Origin: Thermodesulfobacteriota bacterium
GTDB taxonomy: Bacteria > Desulfobacterota > Desulfobacteria > Desulfobacterales > C00003060
Length of the DNA: 64,000 bases
Direction of reading: 5' to 3'
Assembly: GCA_034189385.1 (NCBI GenBank)
Contig: JAXHVD010000003.1
Location: 157,336-221,335, forward strand
The position numbers and the translations under genes are program-made. A model generated the notes under the pieces. The model searched no databases. It was given only the letters and a program-made list of their open reading frames with translations, and was not told the origin of the DNA. This document shows, one piece after another, positions 51,773 to 60,985 of the stretch. Each line of letters begins with the position of its first letter. Positions within the stretch are counted from its first letter, which is position 1.

Positions 51773-52837
51773 TCACGCGCCCATCTCCTGCTTTTCATCC
51801 AGAAAGTGGCACACCGCTGGTCCATACCGCTGTTCACACAAGATGCGCTCGTCTTTTTCCTTCACGTATCCCTCTTCTCCGATGATGGGATGAAATTTCA
51901 ATTGAGGCGAATATTTGCTATTGGGGACCCTTCGACCTAGGGCTTCGGCCATGGCCCGCAGATGATGGGGCGCCGTTCCACAACACCCTCCAATATAGTT
52001 GATACCCATGGCTTGTGCCTTGCGTGCATAGTCCGCCATCTCGATACGGGTGAGAACAAATGGGTCCATTTCAAGAGGAAAGGCAAGATGACCGTGGAAT
52101 TGCTGGACTTGAAAATAGGGGGCTTCTTCAGAACATCGATAGGCCACAGGCTGCGTGGCCACGAAACTGGACACCGCCTGGCGCAGTCTAGCGGCAAGAG
52201 GGAGCATGCGCTCTGGGTCTCGAAAGCAATTCAGGCCCACGATTTCTGCCCCGGCTCCTTCAAGCTCCTGAAAGGCGTCTTCCAAGGTCACGTCATCTGC
52301 CGTGCGGTCTCGATACTTAAACCCAAGGGTAATCATAGCAGGCTTTCCCACTGCCTGAATGGCCTCCAGGGCAAGCTTGGCTTCACCCAGATATTCCAGC
52401 GTTTCAGCTATGAAAAAATCCACACCATAGGGCAACTGATGTTCTATTTGCTGATCGAATTGACGTCGGGTTTCTTTATGGGAGCCTGGATCTTCAGGAT
52501 CATAGACCCAGGTGTTGGCCAGATTTCCGGCCACCAGACAACCGTATTCGTCTGCCACCTCGCGGGCAATGCCCACGGCAGCGGAGTTGATCTCGGCCAG
52601 CACACCCTTTTTGCCGATCTGTTTTAACTTTTCTTCATGGGCATAGTAGGTGAGGGCTTGTAGGACCTGTGCCCCGGCCCGGGCAAAATCCCGTTGGAGC
52701 TGTTTCAGGGCTTCTGGATGCTCGATGGAAACCTCCGGCGTGAAAGGTCCGGCGCTCACATATCCCCTGCGCTCTAACTCAAACAAGGCCCCTCCATCGC
52801 CAAGCACAATGTCTTCTTTCAACCACTGCAAAATCAC
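51773..52837 (-). CDS. Homocysteine S-methyltransferase family (BHMT-like)
   Basis: LGDGG..FELERRGY, F.RAGA, GLNC, YIGGCCG. Confidence 0.9.
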   Translation of the reverse strand: MILQWLKEDIVLGDGGALFELERRGYVSAGPFTPEVSIEHPEALKQLQRDFARAGAQVLQALTYYAHEEKLKQIGKKGVLAEINSAAVGIAREVADEYGCLVAGNLANTWVYDPEDPGSHKETRRQFDQQIEHQLPYGVDFFIAETLEYLGEAKLALEAIQAVGKPAMITLGFKYRDRTADDVTLEDAFQELEGAGAEIVGLNCFRDPERMLPLAARLRQAVSSFVATQPVAYRCSEEAPYFQVQQFHGHLAFPLEMDPFVLTRIEMADYARKAQAMGINYIGGCCGTAPHHLRAMAEALGRRVPNSKYSPQLKFHPIIGEEGYVKEKDERILCEQRYGPAVCHFLDEKQEMGA

Positions 52838-53140
52838 TGCATCGCCTCCTCCGCTTACAACACCCTTTCCTATTGAATCAGCAGTGACAGGTTCTTCTTG
52901 TGGGCACTAAAACCTTAAAGGCCCCAAGCACAGGCATCTTTTGATACAGTGCATGGAGCCTTTATCCGTCCCATAGGGTTTCCCTTTTCAAAGTGCTCTC
53001 TCTGGCGATGAGGCACACCGAATGACCAAGGACTATACACCCTATCCACAGGAACCGTCAAGGTCAGACCGCATCACGATAGCGATACCAGGCACTTTCT
53101 CATTCCATCCCACCTCTGTGGGCAATACACGCCTTGACCC

Positions 53141-53465
53141 TTTGGCAGTGCCAAGGAGTTGCTGACGTTAGGTGGCTTCTCTTTGTGCAACTCGTAGCGG
53201 CAAAGATTGCTAAAAAGCGATTCCCAAGATATCCAAAAACGGAAACGCTGAGCTTCGCTACGCCCTATATCAGGCAGCATACGTGGCTTCTACTCACAAC
53301 AGGCACTTCATCGTCTACTTCAACAAGCTTGTGCACGGCAGAGAACGTGAACGTGGGATCAGAACCAAAATGAGAGTCAAACTGGCGGCCAAAATGCTTG
53401 TTGTTGCCTGGACCCTTATGAAGAGACAGGAGGCCTTTGATCCAGATTATCTGAATATGAACTAA
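53141..53465 (+). pseudogene. IS110-family transposase C-terminal remnant
   Basis: RSGK-D-C-stop-KAIPKISKNGNAELRYALYQAA...KLAAKMLVVAWTLMK; internal stop and upstream frameshift; N-terminal RuvC domain absent. Confidence 0.75.
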
Positions 53466-53816
53466 AGAGTTTTGTCATTTTCGGCGAGATAGCCCCATCA
53501 AGGGCCTTGAGGCATAAGACCTCGGGCGGGACAATACTGGGCCGGCTCCTGCCCGCCGTCTTTTTGGCGGGACTGAACTTCAGAAACTGGATTAGGAATG
53601 ATGGGTGATCCTGACATGGGGTATGCCCAATAAACGTAACGTGTTTCTGAGCTTGTGGAATGGATCAAGTGTTGAGCTCATCAAAAGGCGAGAGCTTCCG
53701 CCGAGAAACTGGATCTATTAAACGACAGGTGTAGTGCGCCCTAAAAGACTCTGACAGCTTGATTTGCTGGAATCCTTAAGGCCGTTTTTTCACTTGACGG
53801 GAGAAATATAGGATGT
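53466..53816 (+). mobile_element. IS110/IS1111-type right non-coding end (candidate bridge/seek RNA region)
   Basis: ~350 nt ORF-free tract after tnp with hairpins (CCCGCC..GGCGGG; GAGCTC..GAGCTT), ending CTTGACGGGAGAAATATAGGATGT. Confidence 0.5.
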
Positions 53817-53858
53817 CCCGCACATTCCGTAAAACCGGTGACAACAAAATCGTGACAA

Positions 53859-54152
53859 TCAGGCCACCGCAACCTCTCCAAACCTTTCAACCTCAGGGGG
53901 TTTTTGCTGGGCATGCCAGAGATCCAACTTCGCCTGCATGTATAGCCAGCTTTCAGGGGAGGTCCTTGTTGCTTTGCCTATCCTGACTGCCATCTCCGGA
54001 CTCATTGACGCTTTACAATTGACCAGGGCCGACAAGGTCTTTCGCGTAACTCCCAAGCGTTTTGCAGCCTCCGTTACCGTCAAGCCAAGAGGCTTTATAA
54101 CATCTTCCCGTAAGACTTCTCCGGGATGGGTAGGTCTCCTGCGTCTGTTCAT
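53859..54152 (-). CDS. higA: HigA antitoxin (XRE HTH)
   Basis: PTHPGEVLRE, TEAAKRLGVTR, SPEMA.R, W..MQ...DLW. Confidence 0.92.
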   Translation of the reverse strand: MNRRRRPTHPGEVLREDVIKPLGLTVTEAAKRLGVTRKTLSALVNCKASMSPEMAVRIGKATRTSPESWLYMQAKLDLWHAQQKPPEVERFGEVAVA

Positions 54153-54168
54153 TTGAAACCCTCCAACG

Positions 54169-54447
54169 TTAGTGATAATCTCGATAATCCACGGCCACGG
54201 CATCAGGACCGTCGAATTGAAAGGTGACGCGCCAATTGCCGGTAACCCAAACCGACCAGATTCCCTTTTCCTTCCCCGAAAGCTCATGCAATCTGTAACC
54301 GGGTAAATTCATGTCTTGAGGTCCTGCCGATGCATCTAGACGGTCCAACACTCGGGCCAGTTTGGCTGCATGTTTCGGGTTTATCCCACGTCGGTCGTCT
54401 TTGTGAAAAAGCTTTTCCAAGCCCTTGTGTTTGAAAGATCTAATCAT
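54169..54447 (-). CDS. higB: HigB/RelE-family toxin
   Basis: MIRSFKHKGL, PGYRLHEL.G...WSV.VTGNWRVTF.F, DYH. Confidence 0.92.
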   Translation of the reverse strand: MIRSFKHKGLEKLFHKDDRRGINPKHAAKLARVLDRLDASAGPQDMNLPGYRLHELSGKEKGIWSVWVTGNWRVTFQFDGPDAVAVDYRDYH

Positions 54448-54461
54448 CTCTACACGGGGAC

Positions 54462-54490
54462 ATCATAATGTGTAACCCGCAACGTGTCAA
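54462..54490 (-). promoter_or_regulatory. Sigma-70 promoter of higBA
   Basis: TTGACA-17 nt-TATGAT on minus strand. Confidence 0.8.
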
Positions 54491-54609
54491 GTGTCAGTCA
54501 CAAATGACATCCCCTGGGGACAGATAGAGGATACGCTGCTAATATCAAGAGCTAAAAGCGTTACGTCGCCCTATGGAAAATCCGGGTAGATTTCTAAAGA
54601 AAAGGGCTC

Positions 54610-54705
54610 CCCGCTTCTCCCCTCTGCGCTTTTCCAGTCCCTGACTTCTGACTCCTGACTCCCGCACCTTGCGCCCCATGCCGTAGGCCTTTCCTCTCGT
54701 CCCTC
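54610..54705 (+). repeat. Pyrimidine-rich modular repeat R1
   Basis: CTGACTT/CTGACTC heptamers; 38-bp block 54667-54704 matches 58531-58568 with 1 mismatch. Confidence 0.8.
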
Positions 54706-54792
54706 ATCGGCCGAAACTGCAAAACTCAAGGATCTCCCTCAAATCACCTTGGGCAGATGACGTGACCACCGCAAAACCGAACTCTTCAAGAG

Positions 54793-54993
54793 GAGACCTT
54801 TGCAGAACTCTTTCGAACGGTAATTGTGAGCTATTTGGGGTACCCATTTGGCCACAGCGAGCGGCCCACACTAGTGGGCAAATCGCAAACTGTTTGAGGC
54901 CCTTAGGCCGAGTTTTTGCGATTTAGCGAGCAAGGCTAAAAATGGGTCAAATCGCTCACAGAATAAAGTGAGAAAGGGTTCTGCAAAGGTCTC
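54793..54993. mobile_element. 201-bp MITE-like element
   Basis: Perfect 16-bp TIR GAGACCTTTGCAGAAC/GTTCTGCAAAGGTCTC, flanking AAGAG direct repeat, nested internal inverted repeats, no ORF. Confidence 0.85.
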
Positions 54994-55272
54994 AAGAGTA
55001 GGGAGCTTCTTGGATCTCCGGATAGGAATTGTCATGCTATGGCAAGAGGCCACTGACGAACAAAATGGGGGCATCTCTACTCCCAGCAACCCCATTTCCT
55101 AAAGGCCATTCCTTATGCTTGACCGAAAACGCCATTTTCAATACATTGCCCCTGTAAGAAGGCCTTGTCTCTATGCAGCCGCAACAGGCGGTCCTAGCGG
55201 TAAACCCACAGTCTAGGTCGTGGGATTTTAGTTTCTAATCCTTTCACCCTGTGCTTGGAAGAGCTGTCACCC

Positions 55273-57993
55273 ATGCCCGTTTTGTTTAAGGAATCTTGGC
55301 ACCATCTTGAGATAGACGAAATCGCCCGGACGCTTGAAACCGATCCCAGCAGAGGCCTCACCGAGGAAGAGGTGTTGTCCCGGCGCAAGGCCTTTGGGGA
55401 AAACACCCTTACTCAAAAAACGGGGCAGGGACCGATCATCCGTTTTCTGCTTCAGTTTAACCAGCCGCTGGTGATCATTCTCCTGGTGGCAGCCGTGGTG
55501 ACCCTGTTTCTGCGGGAATGGGTCGAGGCCGGGGTCATCTTCGGGGTCATCCTCATCAATGCCGTCATCGGCTTCATCCAGGAATCCAAGGCCCTTAAGG
55601 CCATCGACGCCCTGGCCCGGGCTATGGTGAGCAACGCCGTGGTTCAGAGGGCGGGCAGACGGCAAAAGGTCCCGGCCCAGGAGCTTGTGCCAGGAGAGGT
55701 CATCTTTTTGCAATCGGGCGATAAGGTCCCGGCTGATGTGCGCCTCTTCGACATCCGGGAGCTCCGGATCGACGAAAGCACCCTTACAGGGGAGAGCCTT
55801 CCAGTTCAAAAGGAGGATGGGGTGCTCCCTGAAAAAACCGTCCTCTCGGACCGCAGAAACATGGGCTACTCTTCCACCCTTGTGAGCCATGGAGTCTGCA
55901 AAGGTGTGGTCATCGCCACAGGCGACTATACTGAGATCGGTCGCATTAACGAGATGATTTCCTCGGCCGAGGTCCTGGCCACGCCCCTGACCCTCAAGAT
56001 TGAACACTTTAGCAAGATACTGCTCTATGTGATCATGGCCCTGGCAGCCGTCACCTTTGTGGTGGGATATCTGCGGGGCCAGCAATGGGTAGACATGTTC
56101 CTGGCCTCTGTGGCCCTTGCCGTAGGTGCCATACCCGAGGGACTGCCAGCGGCCATGACCATTACCCTGGCCATCGGGGTTTCGCGCATGGCCAAACGGC
56201 ATGCCATCATCCGAAAGCTTCCGGCGGTGGAGACCCTGGGGAGCACGAGGGTGATCTGCTCGGACAAAACCGGGACCCTCACGCAGAACCAGATGACCGT
56301 CACCGAACTGTGTGCCGGCGGGTTTCTCTACGCTGTCTCGGGCGTTGGTTACGCCCCCAAGGGCGACATCACGCCCAGCAACAAAGGACCCGATGTGGCC
56401 GCCAACTCAGCCTTGATCGAGCTTCTCAAGGCAGGAGCCCTCTGCAATGATTCTACAGTAAAGCAGAGGGGCGAGGCCTTTACCGTTGAAGGGGACCCCA
56501 CAGAAGGGGCCCTCATCACCTGTGCGTCAAAGGCCGGAATCTTTTTAGAAGCCCTGCACCAGGAGATGCCGCGTATAGACAGCATCCCCTTTGAGTCTGC
56601 CCGCCAGTACATGGCGACCCTCCATGACCAGGGCCCGGGGAAATCCAGGGTCATCTATGTGAAGGGCTCCATCGAAAGCCTTTGTTTAGAGTGCAGCACC
56701 CTTTTGGATGCTTCCGGTGAAATCGATGTGGCCCAAGCCCGGGAGATCCATGACAGGGTGGAAAGCATGGCCAACGACGGGCTCAGGGTCCTGGCCTTTT
56801 CCCGCAAAGAGGTTCCGGCTGAGACGGTGCGCATTTCTCATGAGGACCTTGCTGAGGGACTCGTTTTTGTGGGGCTCCAGGGGATGATCGATCCGCCAAG
56901 GCCGGAGGCCCTGGAGGCCATAGGAGTTTGCCAAAAGGCGGGCATTCTGGTCAAGATGATCACTGGCGATCACGCCGGCACTGCTGCGGCCATTTCCCGC
57001 CAGCTGGGGCTGTGTGGCGAGTCCTGTTCCGTGCACACACGGGAAGTCCTTACGGGGCGCGATCTCTCTGAACTTGGAGATGAGACATTGGTGGATATCG
57101 CGGAGAAGACCGCTGTATTTGCTCGGGTGTCGCCGGAACAGAAGCTCCGGTTGGTCGAGGCCCTTCAGAAACGCGATCACGTGGTGGCCATGACCGGGGA
57201 CGGGGTGAATGACGCGCCAGCGCTCAAACAGGCCAATATCGGCGTTGCCATGGGCATCGCGGGCACCGATGTCTCCAAGGAGGCAGCCGACATGGTGCTC
57301 ACCGACGACAACTTCTCCACGATCAAGGCTGCGGTGGAGGAGGGGCGCGGGGTCTTCGACAACCTCACCAAGTTCATCACCTGGACCCTGCCGACGAACG
57401 GTGGCGAGGCCCTCGTCATTATGTTGGCCATCTTCCTGGGCGTGGCCCTTCCCATCCTCCCCTTGCAGATTCTCTGGATCAACATGACCACGGCGCTGCT
57501 GTTGGGGCTCACCCTGGCCTTCGAGCCCAAGGAGCCCGGGATCATGACCCGTCAGCCCCGGGATTCGAAGGAGCCGATCCTCAACCATGCGCTCATTTTC
57601 AGGATCGTGCTGGTGAGCCTCCTGTTGCTGATCGGGGCCTTTGGGCTTTTTCAAATCGAAATGCATGCTTCGGGCAACGAAGACGTGGCCCGGACCATGG
57701 CGGTCAATACCTTTGTCTTCGGCGAGATGTTCTATCTGTTCAACTGCCGTTCCCTCTCCCGGTCTCCGGTGCAACTGGGGTTCTTTTCCAATCGCTGGTT
57801 GTGGGGAGGCGTCGTTGTCATGGCAGCGCTTCAGGCCCTCTTCACCTATGCTCCCGTTTTAAATGGCATTTTTCGAACTCAGCCCATGGGAATCGGACAC
57901 TGGGCAATGGTCCTGGGATACAGCGCATTGATGAGTTGGATCGTGGCCATGGAAAAGCTGGCACGGCGCAGGCAGCAGAGAAAACGCCGGTGA
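55273..57993 (+). CDS. P-type IIA (Ca2+-like) cation-transporting ATPase
   Basis: LTGES, IPEGL, DKTGTLT, TGDH, GDGVNDAPAL, QILWIN. Confidence 0.95.
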   Translation: MPVLFKESWHHLEIDEIARTLETDPSRGLTEEEVLSRRKAFGENTLTQKTGQGPIIRFLLQFNQPLVIILLVAAVVTLFLREWVEAGVIFGVILINAVIGFIQESKALKAIDALARAMVSNAVVQRAGRRQKVPAQELVPGEVIFLQSGDKVPADVRLFDIRELRIDESTLTGESLPVQKEDGVLPEKTVLSDRRNMGYSSTLVSHGVCKGVVIATGDYTEIGRINEMISSAEVLATPLTLKIEHFSKILLYVIMALAAVTFVVGYLRGQQWVDMFLASVALAVGAIPEGLPAAMTITLAIGVSRMAKRHAIIRKLPAVETLGSTRVICSDKTGTLTQNQMTVTELCAGGFLYAVSGVGYAPKGDITPSNKGPDVAANSALIELLKAGALCNDSTVKQRGEAFTVEGDPTEGALITCASKAGIFLEALHQEMPRIDSIPFESARQYMATLHDQGPGKSRVIYVKGSIESLCLECSTLLDASGEIDVAQAREIHDRVESMANDGLRVLAFSRKEVPAETVRISHEDLAEGLVFVGLQGMIDPPRPEALEAIGVCQKAGILVKMITGDHAGTAAAISRQLGLCGESCSVHTREVLTGRDLSELGDETLVDIAEKTAVFARVSPEQKLRLVEALQKRDHVVAMTGDGVNDAPALKQANIGVAMGIAGTDVSKEAADMVLTDDNFSTIKAAVEEGRGVFDNLTKFITWTLPTNGGEALVIMLAIFLGVALPILPLQILWINMTTALLLGLTLAFEPKEPGIMTRQPRDSKEPILNHALIFRIVLVSLLLLIGAFGLFQIEMHASGNEDVARTMAVNTFVFGEMFYLFNCRSLSRSPVQLGFFSNRWLWGGVVVMAALQALFTYAPVLNGIFRTQPMGIGHWAMVLGYSALMSWIVAMEKLARRRQQRKRR

Positions 57994-58036
57994 CATAGTT
58001 TAAATAACTGAAACTTTTGGCCTTTTAAATAGTTGC

Positions 58037-58255
58037 CTATTCATCGCACGGTATGCCTTCTTTCAATGCCCTGACTTTCAATGCGTTGAGGTCTTTCTTG
58101 GTAATTCGGATGTTCATCCGTTGGTCTTTGATGAATGTTCCGCTGGCGATCTCCCTTGCAGCCTTAATCTCCTCCTCCAGATTCTCCACTGACTGCCACT
58201 CGCCCTTCTCCACGGATTCTGATAACGCTTTTTCTTCTTTGTCCACGATGATCAT
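58037..58255 (-). pseudogene. CopG/BrnA-like antitoxin, C-terminally truncated, no adjacent toxin
   Basis: EKGEWQSV...KDQRMNIRI...LK.RA.KEGIP then CDE-stop where this family typically continues YQTL. Confidence 0.6.
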
Positions 58256-58336
58256 TCTATTTCTCCTTGTGCAAATACAACTTATTGTAATTTCAGCTGA
58301 GAGACAATATCAATCACCAGGACCTCATGGCCTTCA

Positions 58337-58633
58337 TTCCTGATCCCTGATCTCCATCTCCTTATGCCTTAAGCCTTATGCCTTGAGCCCTATGCCCCTC
58401 TTGCAATCCCTCTCCCCGATTCTTCCCATTCACCGGCTCCCCGGTTCCCCTCGTCTCTCTTCCGTCGTCCGTCGTCTGCCGTCCTTTTCTCTCTTTGCTG
58501 ATCCCTGACTCCTGCACTCTGCGCCTTACGCCTTGCGCCCCATGCCGTACGCCTTTCCTCTCGTCCCTGGTCCTTCTCTCTCTGCTGATCCCCGATCCCT
58601 GACTTCTGACTCCTCATTCTTTGCCCTAACACC
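58337..58633 (+). repeat. Pyrimidine-rich modular repeat R2
   Basis: GCCTTAT/GCCTTAC, CCGTCGT and CTGACTC units; blocks shared with R1 and R3. Confidence 0.85.
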
Positions 58634-58817
58634 ATCTCCAGAACCCCTCATCTCAAGTCCGGCTAGTCAAGACGCCCCCAAATATCTTCAAGATGTGGCA
58701 GCCGATTCCAAAAAAAGTTTTGACTTTTTCATAAAAAGCAATTATTGAAAATAAATAATTACATAGGATGAAAAGTCGCCAGAACCGCAGTCGCCAAGGC
58801 GGAAAGGGGCGTCACCC

Positions 58818-59939
58818 GTGCCGAATCCATTCACATTGCGCTTCATTCCCCCCCGGTCTCCTTTCTGTGACCGGGGCGAGGAGCTTCGTGAACTTGCCTC
58901 TCACGCAAAGAACAAGGCCAATGTGGTCTTGTTTTCCCCCCGCAGGTACGGCAAGACTTCCCTGGTAAAGCAGGTGCAGGCAGGACTCAAGAAGGAAGGG
59001 TTCTTCACCTTCTACATCGATCTTTTCATGGTTACGTCTGTAAACGATCTTGCTGAAAGGATCGCCAAAGCGGTCTATGCCGTGTTGCACCACCATGAGT
59101 CCCTTCTCAAGAAAGGAGGGAGATTCCTTAAAACCTTCAAGACCTTCCGGCCGGTATTCAAACCCTCTGCCGAAGGCGGCATCTCCCTGACGATAGAGCC
59201 GAGTTCCCTGTCACTCTCCGGCATGGACCTGCTCGACAAGGTGCTGGAGGAGTTGGGGATCTTTATCGGCCAGGAGCCGGCCCCGGCTCATATCGTCTTC
59301 GATGAATTCCAGGAGGTCACAGAGCTGAAGAAGGCCCCTGTGGAAGGGGTTCTCAGAAAACACATCCAGGCACATCAGGCCTCGTACTTCTTTGTGGGCA
59401 GCAGGAGAAGGGTCCTTCTCGATATCTTCAGCCAGAGGAAGCGGCCTTTCTATCAAAGCGCCATCATGTATCCCCTCCAGGCCTTACCCCACGGCGAGCT
59501 CACGGCCTTCTTGGTCAGCCAATTCAAAAGGGGTAAAAAGCAGTGCTCCAAGAAGATGGCTGAAAGGATCGCAACCAGGGTTTTTCAGTATCCCTATTAC
59601 GCCCAGGCCCTCGCCTACAACGTCTATGAGGTGTGCGGCAAGACAGTAACCAAAGGAGATATTGAAACCGCCTTTGAAAAACTGCTGGCATCGGAAAGGT
59701 ACGGATATGAAGCCATCGTCCAGGGGATAACCGGCCCTCAGATCGCCCTGCTGCGCGCCCTGGCCGCCGAGCCAGATTCAAAGATCCTCTCCACCGACTT
59801 CATGGTCCGGCACAAGCTCTCTTTGGGAGGGATTCAATATGCGCAGAAGAAGCTGGAGGCCCTCGATTTGATCGAAAAGCACAAGGGCGGTTGGCGTGTT
59901 GTGGATCCGGTCTTTGGCTGCTGGCTTTCCAGATACTAG
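58818..59939 (+). CDS. Archaeal-type AAA+ ATPase with C-terminal winged-helix-like region
   Basis: NPF...FCDR..EL, SPRRYGKTSL, VFDEFQE, GS, PFY, DPVF..WL. Confidence 0.85.
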   Translation: MPNPFTLRFIPPRSPFCDRGEELRELASHAKNKANVVLFSPRRYGKTSLVKQVQAGLKKEGFFTFYIDLFMVTSVNDLAERIAKAVYAVLHHHESLLKKGGRFLKTFKTFRPVFKPSAEGGISLTIEPSSLSLSGMDLLDKVLEELGIFIGQEPAPAHIVFDEFQEVTELKKAPVEGVLRKHIQAHQASYFFVGSRRRVLLDIFSQRKRPFYQSAIMYPLQALPHGELTAFLVSQFKRGKKQCSKKMAERIATRVFQYPYYAQALAYNVYEVCGKTVTKGDIETAFEKLLASERYGYEAIVQGITGPQIALLRALAAEPDSKILSTDFMVRHKLSLGGIQYAQKKLEALDLIEKHKGGWRVVDPVFGCWLSRY

Positions 59940-59964
59940 ATCTAGTCTGACTTCTTAATAGCTC

Positions 59965-60235
59965 ACGCCTTATGCCCTGAGCCCTATGCCTCTCTTGTAA
60001 TCCCTTGTCACCGATCCTCCGTCTCTCCCTTTTCCCTCTTCCTTGCCGTCGTCCGTCGTCATTCTCTCTCCTAATCCTCGTTTCCCCGACTCTGCCTTTC
60101 CCCCTGTCCTCCGTCGTCTGTCGTCCTTTTCTCTCTCTGCTGATCCCTGACTCCTGACTTCTGACTCCTGCACCTTACGCCCTAAGTCTCAACGTTCCGC
60201 CTAAAACCTAACACCTGTAACTTAACACTGTCTCC
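59965..60235 (+). repeat. Pyrimidine-rich modular repeat R3
   Basis: 60111-60156 matches 58469-58514 (2 mismatches); block at 59968 matches block at 58374. Confidence 0.85.
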
Positions 60236-60242
60236 ACAACCC

Positions 60243-60266
60243 CTTAACGGGAGAAATATAGGATGT
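60243..60266 (+). repeat. Second copy of the putative IS110 right-end 24-mer
   Basis: CTTAACGGGAGAAATATAGGATGT vs CTTGACGGGAGAAATATAGGATGT at 53793-53816. Confidence 0.8.
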
Positions 60267-60302
60267 ATCTCAAATCCAAAGGGCAGGGTCCCTAAGAATG
60301 GT

Positions 60303-60728
60303 TCAGGGCGACTTGCGTTCGGCCCTCATCTCCACCACCACGTGGCCCCATCCACCACATGCCGGCCCCACATCAAAACAGCCGGTGCGATTGAACATGA
60401 CTTCATTGGGGTCCCTGCCATTCATCAGGTTTTCAAAGAAGGCATTGATGAGAACGGTGAGATTTGGCATGAGGAAGGCACATACCCGGGTGGGCGCTTC
60501 CCGTGTCAGGAGATTGCCAGCGTAGTCAAAGATCAGTTTCTGGCCCTTCACGTGGCCTGAATTGCATCCCTTGGACTCAACCACCTCTGCCACGAGCCGA
60601 TACTTGCCTGCTTCAGCCACATTTCCAAAGAGGCGCTGGAATCTGGGGTTCTTCTTTATGTCGGCGAATTCATCATCATTGAGCCTTAAGCGTCTTTGAA
60701 GGATTTTGGTCAGCCTTTCTGTGTCCAT
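60303..60728 (-). CDS. Cys/His-containing hypothetical protein (TIGR04076-like)
   Basis: AEVVESKGCNSGH..G, VC..L.P, GCFDVG..CGGWGHVVVE. Confidence 0.65.
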   Translation of the reverse strand: MDTERLTKILQRRLRLNDDEFADIKKNPRFQRLFGNVAEAGKYRLVAEVVESKGCNSGHVKGQKLIFDYAGNLLTREAPTRVCAFLMPNLTVLINAFFENLMNGRDPNEVMFNRTGCFDVGPACGGWGHVVVEMRAERKSP

Positions 60729-60985
60729 GTCTACTCCCTCTTTTGAAACTCTTCACTCTGCTTCATCCATGAACTCATTCCGTCAGGATTTTGTATCTGC
60801 CTGAATCGATCAAGTCCTTTACAACGACTTTGAGTTTTACCTGTATTATATCAAGGTGCCGGACTTGGTCCGGCCCACAAGAGACAACGTAGCAACTTAA
60901 GAGCGTGCCACAACAACACACAATAACACAACAATAACACCTGAGACTGGTCCCATCCTCACGTTTCCCATCTCCTATCGCTCCT

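Noticed and set aside
52860..53030. Cobalamin or SAM riboswitch upstream of the homocysteine methyltransferase
   Set aside because: AAAAGGGAA and GCACTGTA fragments occur on the minus strand but the intervening conserved stems do not fit; needs an Rfam scan.
55267..57774. Long antisense ORFs (311 and 362 aa) opposite the P-type ATPase, and similar shadows elsewhere
   Set aside because: Expected stop-poor antisense frames of GC-rich coding sequence; no recognisable motifs.
58273..58293. AAATACA upstream of the antitoxin remnant as a sixth motif copy
   Set aside because: Lacks the ACCCCAT half; instead forms an imperfect palindrome more like a TA operator.
60908..60941. Short ACAATAACAC-type tandem repeat
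   Set aside because: About three degenerate units only; no functional inference possible.
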